Source of the DNA: Macrostomum lignano
Taxonomy: Eukaryota
Length of the DNA: 32,429 nucleotides
Reading direction: 5' to 3'
Assembly: GCA_002269645.1 (NCBI GenBank)
Contig: NIVC01004570.1
Location: 1-32,429, forward strand
Shown: piece by piece, positions 1-14,019 of the stretch
Layout of the letters: each line of letters begins with the position of its first letter
How positions within the stretch are numbered: the first letter of the stretch is position 1
Position numbers and translations under genes: made by a program
Notes under the pieces: generated by a model
The model's input: only the letters and a program-made list of their open reading frames with translations
Told to the model about the DNA's origin: nothing
Database searches by the model: none

Positions 1-3000
1 AGAGTAGCGGGCTCTGCGTCATCTTGCACCTGTGTATATCAGCCCCCATTGAGTGTCATTTCTAAGCTCTCCATTTAATTCTATATATTGACAGCGACAG
101 GGCTAGTTAGAGATGCTGAGAGTAGCGGGCTCTGCGTCATCTTTGCACCTGTGTATATCAGCCCCATTGAGTGTCATTTCTAAGCTCTCCATTTAATTCT
201 ATATATTGACAGCGACAGGGCTAGTTAGAGATGCTGAGAGTAGCGGGCTCTGCGTCATCTTTGCACCTGTGTATATCAGCCCCATTGAGTGTCATTTCTA
301 AGCTCTCCATTTAATTCTATATATTGACAGCGACAGGGCTAGTTAGAGATGCTGAGAGTAGCGGGCTCTGCGTCATCTTTGCACCTGTGTATATCAGCCC
401 CATTGAGTGTCATTTCTAAGCTCTCCATTTAATTCTATATATTGACAGCGACAGGGCTAGTTAGAGATGCTGAGAGTAGCGGGCTCTGCGTCATCTTTGC
501 ACCTGTGTATATCAGCCCCATTGAGTGTCATTTCTAAGCTCTCCATTTAATTCTATATATTGACAGCGACAGGGCTAGTTAGAGATGCTGAGAGTAGCGG
601 GCTCTGCGTCATCTTTGCACCTGTGTATATCAGCCCCATTGAGTGTCATTTCTAAGCTCTCCATTTAATTCTATATATTGACAGCGACAGGGCTAGTTAG
701 AGATGCTGAGAGTAGCGGGCTCTGCGTCATCTTTGCACCTGTGTATATCAGCCCCATTGAGTGTCATTTCTAAGCTCTCCATTTAATTCTATATATTGAC
801 AGCGACAGGGCTAGTTAGAGATGCTGAGAGTAGCGGGCTCTGCGTCATCTTTGCACCTGTGTATATCAGCCCCATTGAGTGTCATTTCTAAGCTCTCCAT
901 TTAATTCTATATATTGACAGCGACAGGGCTAGTTAGAGATGCTGAGAGTAGCGGGCTCTGCGTCATCTTTGCACCTGTGTATATCAGCCCCATTGAGTGT
1001 CATTTCTAAGCTCTCCATTTAATTCTATATATTGACAGCGACAGGGCTAGTTAGAGATGCTGAGAGTAGCGGGCTCTGCGTCATCTTTGCACCTGTGTAT
1101 ATCAGCCCCATTGAGTGTCATTTCTAAGCTCTCCATTTAATTCTATATATTGACAGCGACAGGGCTAGTTAGAGATGCTGAGAGTAGCGGGCTCTGCGTC
1201 ATCTTTGCACCTGTGTATATCAGCCCCATTGAGTGTCATTTCTAAGCTCTCCATTTAATTCTATATATTGACAGCGACAGGGCTAGTTAGAGATGCTGAG
1301 AGTAGCGGGCTCTGCGTCATCTTTGCACCTGTGTATATCAGCCCCATTGAGTGTCATTTCTAAGCTCTCCATTTAATTCTATATATTGACAGCGACAGGG
1401 CTAGTTAGAGATGCTGAGAGTAGCGGGCTCTGCGTCATCTTTGCACCTGTGTATATCAGCCCCATTGAGTGTCATTTCTAAGCTCTCCATTTAATTCTAT
1501 ATATTGACAGCGACAGGGCTAGTTAGAGATGCTGAGAGTAGCGGGCTCTGCGTCATCTTTGCACCTGTGTATATCAGCCCCATTGAGTGTCATTTCTAAG
1601 CTCTCCATTTAATTCTATATATTGACAGCGACAGGGCTAGTTAGAGATGCTGAGAGTAGCGGGCTCTGCGTCATCTTTGCACCTGTGTATATCAGCCCCA
1701 TTGAGTGTCATTTCTAAGCTCTCCATTTAATTCTATATATTGACAGCGACAGGGCTAGTTAGAGATGCTGAGAGTAGCGGGCTCTGCGTCATCTTTGCAC
1801 CTGTGTATATCAGCCCCATTGAGTGTCATTTCTAAGCTCTCCATTTAATTCTATATATTGACAGCGAGCGACAGGGCTAGTTAGAGATGCTGAGAGTAGC
1901 GGGCTCTGCGTCATCTTTGCACCTGTGTATATCAGCCCCATTGAGTGTCATTTCTAAGCTCTCCATTTAATTCTATATATTGACAGCGACAGGGCTAGTT
2001 AGAGATGCTGAGAGTAGCGGGCTCTGCGTCATCTTTGCACCTGTGTATATCAGCCCCATTGAGTGTCATTTCTAAGCTCTCCATTTAATTCTATATATTG
2101 ACAGCGACAGGGCTAGTTAGAGATGCTGAGAGTAGCGGGCTCTGCGTCATCTTTGCACCTGTGTATATCAGCCCCATTGAGTGTCATTTCTAAGCTCTCC
2201 ATTTAATTCTATATATTGACAGCGACAGGGCTAGTTAGAGATGCTGAGAGTAGCGGGCTCTGCGTCATCTTTGCACCTGTGTATATCAGCCCCATTGAGT
2301 GTCATTTCTAAGCTCTCCATTTAATTCTATATATTGACAGCGACAGGGCTAGTTAGAGATGCTGAGAGTAGCGGGCTCTGCGTCATCTTTGCACCTGTGT
2401 ATATCAGCCCCATTGAGTGTCATTTCTAAGCTCTCCATTTAATTCTATATATTGACAGCGACAGGGCTAGTTAGAGATGCTGAGAGTAGCGGGCTCTGCG
2501 TCATCTTTGCACCTGTGTATATCAGCCCCATTGAGTGTCATTTCTAAGCTCTCCATTTAATTCTATATATTGACAGCGACAGGGCTAGTTAGAGATGCTG
2601 AGAGTAGCGGGCTCTGCGTCATCTTTGCACCTGTGTATATCAGCCCCATTGAGTGTCATTTCTAAGCTCTCCATTTAATTCTATATATTGACAGCGACAG
2701 GGCTAGTTAGAGATGCTGAGAGTAGCGGGCTCTGCGTCATCTTTGCACCTGTGTATATCAGCCCCATTGAGTGTCATTTCTAAGCTCTCCATTTAATTCT
2801 ATATATTGACAGCGACAGGGCTAGTTAGAGATGCTGAGAGTAGCGGGCTCTGCGTCATCTTTGCACCTGTGTATATCAGCCCCATTGAGTGTCATTTCTA
2901 AGCTCTCCATTTAATTCTATATATTGACAGCGCGACAGGGCTAGTTAGAGATGCTGAGAGTAGCGGGCTCTGCGTCATCTTTGCACCTGTGTATATCAGC

Positions 3001-6000
3001 CCCATTGAGTGTCATTTCTAAGCTCTCCATTTAATTCTATATATTGACAGCGACAGGGCTAGTTAGAGATGCTGAGAGTAGCGGGCTCTGCGTCATCTTT
3101 GCACCTGTGTATATCAGCCCCATTGAGTGTCATTTCTAAGCTCTCCATTTAATTCTATATATTGACAGCGACAGGGCTAGTTAGAGATGCTGAGAGTAGC
3201 GGGCTCTGCGTCATCTTTGCACCTGTGTATATCAGCCCCATTGAGTGTCATTTCTAAGCTCTCCATTTAATTCTATATATTGACAGCGACAGGGCTAGTT
3301 AGAGATGCTGAGAGTAGCGGGCTCTGCGTCATCTTTGCACCTGTGTATATCAGCCCCATTGAGTGTCATTTCTAAGCTCTCCATTTAATTCTATATATTG
3401 ACAGCGACAGGGCTAGTTAGAGATGCTGAGAGTAGCGGGCTCTGCGTCATCTTTGCACCTGTGTATATCAGCCCCATTGAGTGTCATTTCTAAGCTCTCC
3501 ATTTAATTCTATATATTGACAGCGACAGGGCTAGTTAGAGATGCTGAGAGTAGCGGGCTCTGCGTCATCTTTGCACCTGTGTATATCAGCCCCATTGAGT
3601 GTCATTTCTAAGCTCTCCATTTAATTCTATATATTGACAGCGACAGGGCTAGTTAGAGATGCTGAGAGTAGCGGGCTCTGCGTCATCTTTGCACCTGTGT
3701 ATATCAGCCCCATTGAGTGTCATTTCTAAGCTCTCCATTTAATTCTATATATTGACAGCGACAGGGCTAGTTAGAGATGCTGAGAGTAGCGGGCTCTGCG
3801 TCATCTTTGCACCTGTGTATATCAGCCCCATTGAGTGTCATTTCTAAGCTCTCCATTTAATTCTATATATTGACAGCGACAGGGCTAGTTAGAGATGCTG
3901 AGAGTAGCGGGCTCTGCGTCATCTTTGCACCTGTGTATATCAGCCCCATTGAGTGTCATTTCTAAGCTCTCCATTTAATTCTATATATTGACAGCGACAG
4001 GGCTAGTTAGAGATGCTGAGAGTAGCGGGCTCTGCGTCATCTTTGCACCTGTGTATATCAGCCCCATTGAGTGTCATTTCTAAGCTCTCCATTTAATTCT
4101 ATATATTGACAGCGACAGGGCTAGTTAGAGATGCTGAGAGTAGCGGGCTCTGCGTCATCTTTGCACCTGTGTATATCAGCCCCATTGAGTGTCATTTCTA
4201 AGCTCTCCATTTAATTCTATATATTGACAGCGACAGGGCTAGTTAGAGATGCTGAGAGTAGCGGGCTCTGCGTCATCTTTGCACCTGTGTATATCAGCCC
4301 CATTGAGTGTCATTTCTAAGCTCTCCATTTAATTCTATATATTGACAGCGACAGGGCTAGTTAGAGATGCTGAGAGTAGCGGGCTCTGCGTCATCTTTGC
4401 ACCTGTGTATATCAGCCCCATTGAGTGTCATTTCTAAGCTCTCCATTTAATTCTATATATTGACAGCGACAGGGCTAGTTAGAGATGCTGAGAGTAGCGG
4501 GCTCTGCGTCATCTTTGCACCTGTGTATATCAGCCCCATTGAGTGTCATTTCTAAGCTCTCCATTTAATTCTATATATTGACAGCGACAGGGCTAGTTAG
4601 AGATGCTGAGAGTAGCGGGCTCTGCGTCATCTTTGCACCTGTGTATATCAGCCCCATTGAGTGTCATTTCTAAGCTCTCCATTTAATTCTATATATTGAC
4701 AGCGACAGGGCTAGTTAGAGATGCTGAGAGTAGCGGGCTCTGCGTCATCTTTGCACCTGTGTATATCAGCCCCATTGAGTGTCATTTCTAAGCTCTCCAT
4801 TTAATTCTATATATTGACAGCGACAGGGCTAGTTAGAGATGCTGAGAGTAGCGGGCTCTGCGTCATCTTTGCACCTGTGTATATCAGCCCCATTGAGTGT
4901 CATTTCTAAGCTCTCCATTTAATTCTATATATTGACAGCGACAGGGCTAGTTAGAGATGCTGAGAGTAGCGGGCTCTGCGTCATCTTTGCACCTGTGTAT
5001 ATCAGCCCCATTGAGTGTCATTTCTAAGCTCTCCATTTAATTCTATATATTGACAGCGACAGGGCTAGTTAGAGATGCTGAGAGTAGCGGGCTCTGCGTC
5101 ATCTTTGCACCTGTGTATATCAGCCCCATTGAGTGTCATTTCTAAGCTCTCCATTTAATTCTATATATTGACAGCGACAGGGCTAGTTAGAGATGCTGAG
5201 AGTAGCGGGCTCTGCGTCATCTTTGCACCTGTGTATATCAGCCCCATTGAGTGTCATTTCTAAGCTCTCCATTTAATTCTATATATTGACAGCGACAGGG
5301 CTAGTTAGAGATGCTGAGAGTAGCGGGCTCTGCGTCATCTTTGCACCTGTGTATATCAGCCCCATTGAGTGTCATTTCTAAGCTCTCCATTTAATTCTAT
5401 ATATTGACAGCGACAGGGCTAGTTAGAGATGCTGAGAGTAGCGGGCTCTGCGTCATCTTTGCACCTGTGTATATCAGCCCCATTGAGTGTCATTTCTAAG
5501 CTCTCCATTTAATTCTATATATTGACAGCGACAGGGCTAGTTAGAGATGCTGAGAGTAGCGGGCTCTGCGTCATCTTTGCACCTGTGTATATCAGCCCCA
5601 TTGAGTGTCATTTCTAAGCTCTCCATTTAATTCTATATATTGACAGCGACAGGGCTAGTTAGAGATGCTGAGAGTAGCGGGCTCTGCGTCATCTTTGCAC
5701 CTGTGTATATCAGCCCATTGAGTGTCATTTCTAAGCTCTCCATTTAATTCTATATATTGACAGCGACAGGGCTAGTTAGAGATGCTGAGAGTAGCGGGCT
5801 CTGCGTCATCTTTGCACCTGTGTATATCAGCCCCATTGAGTGTCATTTCTAAGCTCTCCATTTAATTCTATATATTGACAGCGACAGGGCTAGTTAGAGA
5901 TGCTGAGAGTAGCGGGCTCTGCGTCATCTTTGCACCTGTGTATATCAGCCCCATTGAGTGTCATTTCTAAGCTCTCCATTTAATTCTATATATTGACAGC

Positions 6001-9000
6001 GACAGGGCTAGTTAGAGATGCTGAGAGTAGCGGGCTCTGCGTCATCTTTGCACCTGTGTATATCAGCCCCATTGAGTGTCATTTCTAAGCTCTCCATTTA
6101 ATTCTATATATTGACAGCGACAGGGCTAGTTAGAGATGCTGAGAGTAGCGGGCTCTGCGTCATCTTTGCACCTGTGTATATCAGCCCCATTGAGTGTCAT
6201 TTCTAAGCTCTCCATTTAATTCTATATATTGACAGCGACAGGGCTAGTTAGAGATGCTGAGAGTAGCGGGCTCTGCGTCATCTTTGCACCTGTGTATATC
6301 AGCCCCATTGAGTGTCATTTCTAAGCTCTCCATTTAATTCTATATATTGACAGCGACAGGGCTAGTTAGAGATGCTGAGAGTAGCGGGCTCTGCGTCATC
6401 TTTGCACCTGTGTATATCAGCCCCATTGAGTGTCATTTCTAAGCTCTCCATTTAATTCTATATATTGACAGCGACAGGGCTAGTTAGAGATGCTGAGAGT
6501 AGCGGGCTCTGCGTCATCTTTGCACCTGTGTATATCAGCCCCATTGAGTGTCATTTCTAAGCTCTCCATTTAATTCTATATATTGACAGCGACAGGGCTA
6601 GTTAGAGATGCTGAGAGTAGCGGGCTCTGCGTCATCTTTGCACCTGTGTATATCAGCCCCATTGAGTGTCATTTCTAAGCTCTCCATTTAATTCTATATA
6701 TTGACAGCGACAGGGCTAGTTAGAGATGCTGAGAGTAGCGGGCTCTGCGTCATCTTTGCACCTGTGTATATCAGCCCCATTGAGTGTCATTTCTAAGCTC
6801 TCCATTTAATTCTATATATTGACAGCGACAGGGCTAGTTAGAGATGCTGAGAGTAGCGGGCTCTGCGTCATCTTTGCACCTGTGTATATCAGCCCCATTG
6901 AGTGTCATTTCTAAGCTCTCCATTTAATTCTATATATTGACAGCGACAGGGCTAGTTAGAGATGCTGAGAGTAGCGGGCTCTGCGTCATCTTTGCACCTG
7001 TGTATATCAGCCCCATTGAGTGTCATTTCTAAGCTCTCCATTTAATTCTATATATTGACAGCGACAGGGCTAGTTAGAGATGCTGAGAGTAGCGGGCTCT
7101 GCGTCATCTTTGCACCTGTGTATATCAGCCCCATTGAGTGTCATTTCTAAGCTCTCCATTTAATTCTATATATTGACAGCGACAGGGCTAGTTAGAGATG
7201 CTGAGAGTAGCGGGCTCTGCGTCATCTTTGCACCTGTGTATATCAGCCCCATTGAGTGTCATTTCTAAGCTCTCCATTTAATTCTATATATTGACAGCGA
7301 CAGGGCTAGTTAGAGATGCTGAGAGTAGCGGGCTCTGCGTCATCTTTGCACCTGTGTATATCAGCCCCATTGAGTGTCATTTCTAAGCTCTCCATTTAAT
7401 TCTATATATTGACAGCGACAGGGCTAGTTAGAGATGCTGAGAGTAGCGGGCTCTGCGTCATCTTTGCACCTGTGTATATCAGCCCCATTGAGTGTCATTT
7501 CTAAGCTCTCCATTTAATTCTATATATTGACAGCGACAGGGCTAGTTAGAGATGCTGAGAGTAGCGGGCTCTGCGTCATCTTTGCACCTGTGTATATCAG
7601 CCCCATTGAGTGTCATTTCTAAGCTCTCCATTTAATTCTATATATTGACAGCGACAGGGCTAGTTAGAGATGCTGAGAGTAGCGGGCTCTGCGTCATCTT
7701 TGCACCTGTGTATATCAGCCCCATTGAGTGTCATTTCTAAGCTCTCCATTTAATTCTATATATTGACAGCGACAGGGCTAGTTAGAGATGCTGAGAGTAG
7801 CGGGCTCTGCGTCATCTTTGCACCTGTGTATATCAGCCCCATTGAGTGTCATTTCTAAGCTCTCCATTTAATTCTATATATTGACAGCGACAGGGCTAGT
7901 TAGAGATGCTGAGAGTAGCGGGCTCTGCGTCATCTTTGCACCTGTGTATATCAGCCCCATTGAGTGTCATTTCTAAGCTCTCCATTTAATTCTATATATT
8001 GACAGCGACAGGGCTAGTTAGAGATGCTGAGAGTAGCGGGCTCTGCGTCATCTTTGCACCTGTGTATATCAGCCCCATTGAGTGTCATTTCTAAGCTCTC
8101 CATTTAATTCTATATATTGACAGCGACAGGGCTAGTTAGAGATGCTGAGAGTAGCGGCTCTGCGTCATCTTTGCACCTGTGTATATCAGCCCCATTGAGT
8201 GTCATTTCTAAGCTCTCCATTTAATTCTATATATTGACAGCGACAGGGCTAGTTAGAGATGCTGAGAGTAGCGGGCTCTGCGTCATCTTTGCACCTGTGT
8301 ATATCAGCCCCATTGAGTGTCATTTCTAAGCTCTCCATTTAATTCTATATATTGACAGCGACAGGGCTAGTTAGAGATGCTGAGAGTAGCGGGCTCTGCG
8401 TCATCTTTGCACCTGTGTATATCAGCCCCATTGAGTGTCATTTCTAAGCTCTCCATTTAATTCTATATATTGACAGCGACAGGGCTAGTTAGAGATGCTG
8501 AGAGTAGCGGGCTCTGCGTCATCTTTGCACCTGTGTATATCAGCCCCATTGAGTGTCATTTCTAAGCTCTCCATTTAATTCTATATATTGACAGCGACAG
8601 GGCTAGTTAGAGATGCTGAGAGTAGCGGGCTCTGCGTCATCTTTGCACCTGTGTATATCAGCCCCATTGAGTGTCATTTCTAAGCTCTCCATTTAATTCT
8701 ATATATTGACAGCGACAGGGCTAGTTAGAGATGCTGAGAGTAGCGGGCTCTGCGTCATCTTTGCACCTGTGTATATCAGCCCCATTGAGTGTCATTTCTA
8801 AGCTCTCCATTTAATTCTATATATTGACAGCGACAGGGCTAGTTAGAGATGCTGAGAGTAGCGGGCTCTGCGTCATCTTTGCACCTGTGTATATCAGCCC
8901 CATTGAGTGTCATTTCTAAGCTCTCCATTTAATTCTATATATTGACAGCGACAGGGCTAGTTAGAGATGCTGAGAGTAGCGGGCTCTGCGTCATCTTTGC

Positions 9001-12000
9001 ACCTGTGTATATCAGCCCCATTGAGTGTCATTTCTAAGCTCTCCATTTAATTCTATATATTGACAGCGACAGGGCTAGTTAGAGATGCTGAGAGTAGCGG
9101 GCTCTGCGTCATCTTTGCACCTGTGTATATCAGCCCCATTGAGTGTCATTTCTAAGCTCTCCATTTAATTCTATATATTGACAGCGACAGGGCTAGTTAG
9201 AGATGCTGAGAGTAGCGGGCTCTGCGTCATCTTTGCACCTGTGTATATCAGCCCCATTGAGTGTCATTTCTAAGCTCTCCATTTAATTCTATATATTGAC
9301 AGCGACAGGGCTAGTTAGAGATGCTGAGAGTAGCGGGCTCTGCGTCATCTTTGCACCTGTGTATATCAGCCCCATTGAGTGTCATTTCTAAGCTCTCCAT
9401 TTAATTCTATATATTGACAGCGACAGGGCTAGTTAGAGATGCTGAGAGTAGCGGGCTCTGCGTCATCTTTGCACCTGTGTATATCAGCCCCATTGAGTGT
9501 CATTTCTAAGCTCTCCATTTAATTCTATATATTGACAGCGACAGGGCTAGTTAGAGATGCTGAGAGTAGCGGGCTCTGCGTCATCTTTGCACCTGTGTAT
9601 ATCAGCCCCATTGAGTGTCATTTCTAAGCTCTCCATTTAATTCTATATATTGACAGCGACAGGGCTAGTTAGAGATGCTGAGAGTAGCGGGCTCTGCGTC
9701 ATCTTTGCACCTGTGTATATCAGCCCCATTGAGTGTCATTTCTAAGCTCTCCATTTAATTCTATATATTGACAGCGACAGGGCTAGTTAGAGATGCTGAG
9801 AGTAGCGGGCTCTGCGTCATCTTTGCACCTGTGTATATCAGCCCCATTGAGTGTCATTTCTAAGCTCTCCATTTAATTCTATATATTGACAGCGACAGGG
9901 CTAGTTAGAGATGCTGAGAGTAGCGGGCTCTGCGTCATCTTTGCACCTGTGTATATCAGCCCCATTGAGTGTCATTTCTAAGCTCTCCATTTAATTCTAT
10001 ATATTGACAGCGACAGGGCTAGTTAGAGATGCTGAGAGTAGCGGGCTCTGCGTCATCTTTGCACCTGTGTATATCAGCCCATTGAGTGTCATTTCTAAGC
10101 TCTCCATTTAATTCTATATATTGACAGCGACAGGGCTAGTTAGAGATGCTAGTGTAGCGGCTCTGCGTCATCTTTGCACCTGTGTATATCAGCCCCATTG
10201 AGTGTCATTTCTAAGCTCTCCATTTAATTCTATATATTGACAGCGACAGGGCTAGTTAGAGATGCTGAGAGTAGCGGGCTCTGCGTCATCTTTGCACCTG
10301 TGTATATCAGCCCCATTGAGTGTCATTTCTAAGCTCTCCATTTAATTCTATATATTGACAGCGACAGGGCTAGTTAGAGATGCTGAGAGTAGCGGGCTCT
10401 GCGTCATCTTTGCACCTGTGTATATCAGCCCCATTGAGTGTCATTTCTAAGCTCTCCATTTAATTCTATATATTGACAGCGACAGGGCTAGTTAGAGATG
10501 CTGAGAGTAGCGGGCTCTGCGTCATCTTTGCACCTGTGTATATCAGCCCCATTGAGTGTCATTTCTAAGCTCTCCATTTAATTCTATATATTGACAGCGA
10601 CAGGGCTAGTTAGAGATGCTGAGAGTAGCGGGCTCTGCGTCATCTTTGCACCTGTGTATATCAGCCCCATTGAGTGTCATTTCTAAGCTCTCCATTTAAT
10701 TCTATATATTGACAGCGACAGGGCTAGTTAGAGATGCTGAGAGTAGCGGGCTCTGCGTCATCTTTGCACCTGTGTATATCAGCCCCATTGAGTGTCATTT
10801 CTAAGCTCTCCATTTAATTCTATATATTGACAGCGACAGGGCTAGTTAGAGATGCTGAGAGTAGCGGGCTCTGCGTCATCTTTGCACCTGTGTATATCAG
10901 CCCCATTGAGTGTCATTTCTAAGCTCTCCATTTAATTCTATATATTGACAGCGACAGGGCTAGTTAGAGATGCTGAGAGTAGCGGGCTCTGCGTCATCTT
11001 TGCACCTGTGTATATCAGCCCCATTGAGTGTCATTTCTAAGCTCTCCATTTAATTCTATATATTGACAGCGACAGGGCTAGTTAGAGATGCTGAGAGTAG
11101 CGGGCTCTGCGTCATCTTTGCACCTGTGTATATCAGCCCCATTGAGTGTCATTTCTAAGCTCTCCATTTAATTCTATATATTGACAGCGACAGGGCTAGT
11201 TAGAGATGCTGAGAGTAGCGGGCTCTGCGTCATCTTTGCACCTGTGTATATCAGCCCCATTGAGTGTCATTTCTAAGCTCTCCATTTAATTCTATATATT
11301 GACAGCGACAGGGCTAGTTAGAGATGCTGAGAGAGCGGGCTCTGCGTCATCTTTGCACCTGTGTATATCAGCCCCATTGAGTGTCATTTCTAAGCTCTCC
11401 ATTTAATTCTATATATTGACAGCGACAGGGCTAGTTAGAGATGCTGAGAGTAGCGGGCTCTGCGTCATCTTTGCACCTGTGTATATCAGCCCCATTGAGT
11501 GTCATTTCTAAGCTCTCCATTTAATTCTATATATTGACAGCGACAGGGCTAGTTAGAGATGCTGAGAGTAGCGGGCTCTGCGTCATCTTTGCACCTGTGT
11601 ATATCAGCCCCATTGAGTGTCATTTCTAAGCTCTCCATTTAATTCTATATATTGACAGCGACAGGGCTAGTTAGAGATGCTGAGAGTAGCGGGCTCTGCG
11701 TCATCTTTGCACCTGTGTATATCAGCCCCATTGAGTGTCATTTCTAAGCTCTCCATTTAATTCTATATATTGACAGCGACAGGGCTAGTTAGAGATGCTG
11801 AGAGTAGCGGGCTCTGCGTCATCTTTGCACCTGTGTATATCAGCCCCATTGAGTGTCATTTCTAAGCTCTCCATTTAATTCTATATATTGACAGCGACAG
11901 GGCTAGTTAGAGATGCTGAGAGTAGCGGGCTCTGCGTCATCTTTGCACCTGTGTATATCAGCCCCATTGAGTGTCATTTCTAAGCTCTCCATTTAATTCT

Positions 12001-12722
12001 ATATATTGACAGCGACAGGGCTAGTTAGAGATGCTGAGAGGAGCGGGCTCTGCGTCATCTTTGCACCTGTGTATATCAGCCCCATTGAGTGTCATTTCTA
12101 AGCTCTCCATTTAATTCTATATATTGACAGCGACAGGGCTAGTTAGAGATGCTGAGAGTAGCGGGCTCTGCGTCATCTTTGCACCTGTGTATATCAGCCC
12201 CATTGAGTGTCATTTCTAAGCTCTCCATTTAATTCTATATATTGACAGCGACAGGGCTAGTTAGAGATGCTGAGAGTAGCGGGCTCTGCGTCATCTTTGC
12301 ACCTGTGTATATCAGCCCCATTGAGTGTCATTTCTAAGCTCTCCATTTAATTCTATATATTGACAGCGACAGGGCTAGTTAGAGATGCTGAGAGTAGCGG
12401 GCTCTGCGTCATCTTTGCACCTGTGTATATCAGCCCCATTGAGTGTCATTTCTAAGCTCTCCATTTAATTCTATATATTGACAGCGACAGGGCTAGTTAG
12501 AGATGCTGAGAGTAGCGGGCTCTGCGTCATCTTTGCACCTGTGTATATCAGCCCCATTGAGTGTCATTTCTAAGCTCTCCATTTAATTCTATATATTGAC
12601 AGCGACAGGGCTAGTTAGAGATGCTGAGAGTAGCGGGCTCTGCGTCATCTTTGCACCTGTGTATATCAGCCCCATTGAGTGTCATTTCTAAGCTCTCCAT
12701 TTAATTCTATATATTGACAGCG
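1..12722. repeat. 118-bp satellite array, about 108 head-to-tail copies, open at the window's left edge
   Basis: Unit agagtagcgggctctgcgtcatctttgcacctgtgtatatcagccccattgagtgtcatttctaagctctccatttaattctatatattgacagcgacagggctagttagagatgctg recurs at 1, 119, 237 and onward. It ends abruptly at ...tatattgacagcg|ccgct (12722). Confidence 0.99.
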
Positions 12723-13500
12723 CCGCTATAGTTTAAATCCATGTTTGAATTTACTGCGCTCGTACATTTTAACTTATACTTGATATTGACAGGTTAGCTC
12801 AGAAATATTTCGCCAGCTTCTTTAGTAATGGCTTTTTATCAAAATACAATTGGGCTTTGCTTTTACTTTTGGTTTGGTCACCTGCTGTGAGCGTTCCACT
12901 TTTTATCTATATATTGTTTTGTATTATGCACAGCGGTTTGTTTGGAGGTGTGTTTCGCGCTTTTCTCGATCTTTCCACTGTAGCTGGATTTTGAGTAAAG
13001 ATAAGAATCGCAGTTCTCACGATTGCTTAAAAGCAAATACGTGCTCTGGGTATGCTCAAGATTGCGCAATGCTCGGTGACAGTGATGGGTGGTTCATGGT
13101 GGAAGACACCTATCTAAGCAAATTTGTTGCACCAAACTTATGATTGCGCCATTATCGTAAAGAATAGTGTCAAGCAGTTCCAAATATGTAAAATTGTAAA
13201 CTTTATTTAGTCACCAAAGAGAAATTTTATCTACTCTTTGATTTGTTGATGACTGACTTCATCCTAATTTTTGAGCATATACGTCTTTTTCTTGCATATT
13301 TAATCTATTTCTCGAATTTCTATTTTGCATCATTCATTTAATTCCTATCCAATTCATTGTGTGTCATTTATTTTTTATCCACTGCCCACTGTATATTGAC
13401 AGCAGCGGATCTCACAGAGCTACTCAATGAATTGAAAATGCAGAAATAACTGAGTATTCGAAACCCAAACTGGATTAGGGTCGATCAGTGAGTCTGGCTG

Positions 13501-13548
13501 TGAGGCTGTGAATGAGGCAGTGAATGAGGCTGTGAATGAGGCTGTGAA
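13501..13548. repeat. 12-bp tandem repeat, 4 copies
   Basis: tgaggctgtgaa x4, with one copy reading tgaggcagtgaa. Confidence 0.9.
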
Positions 13549-13869
13549 TGTGAGTGGGGCATATTGTACCTAATGTATGTTTCATGCTGGTTAATGCGCA
13601 TGTTTCATTTTGAATCAAAGTAATTTGGTGTCAAAATGAGTCACTACTGAAATGAAGCAGTCCACCCCTTTGAGTCTAAAAGCATAGTGGATTTGACACG
13701 TACTATGAACGTGAAATATTTTGACCACCCCATTCCGAACCAATGAAAATTAGAGTGAACTTGTTGATGTCAAACTGCCGCTTCATATAAAATGGGACTT
13801 CAGTTGGCCTTTCAAAAAGCCAGATTTCTATTTGTCAATTAATTTCATTTTTTCAATAAATTAACCCAA

Positions 13870-13992
13870 ATGTCCAAACAATTGGAGTTCATAAAACAGC
13901 TGATAAGCCGCAAAGGCAAATGCTATGACGTCGCTAAGCGGCAAAAGTCGTTTGAGAAAGAGCTCGCCGCGTCTGATCGATTCCAGTTAATG
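13870..13992 (+). CDS. Unidentified gene A, putative exon 1 (MSKQLEFIKQLISRKGKCYDVAKRQKSFEKELAASDRFQLM)
   Basis: ATG at 13870, 41 open codons, strong GTAAGT donor at 13993 in phase 0, matching the next exon. Confidence 0.5.
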
Positions 13993-14019
13993 GTAAGTGA
14001 AGGTGAAGAGCAATATTTT

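Noticed and set aside
95-112. CTAG-T in the unit as a Helitron 3' end
   Set aside because: There is no GC-rich hairpin about 11 nt upstream on either strand.
1-12722. 118-bp array as a CRISPR array, 5S rDNA cluster or hammerhead satellite
   Set aside because: There are no unique spacers, no 5S or tRNA sequence features, and no CUGANGA core on either strand. The context is eukaryotic.
12850-13143. 97-aa ORF next to the array
   Set aside because: TTG start, AT-rich, no recognisable motif or supporting splice sites.
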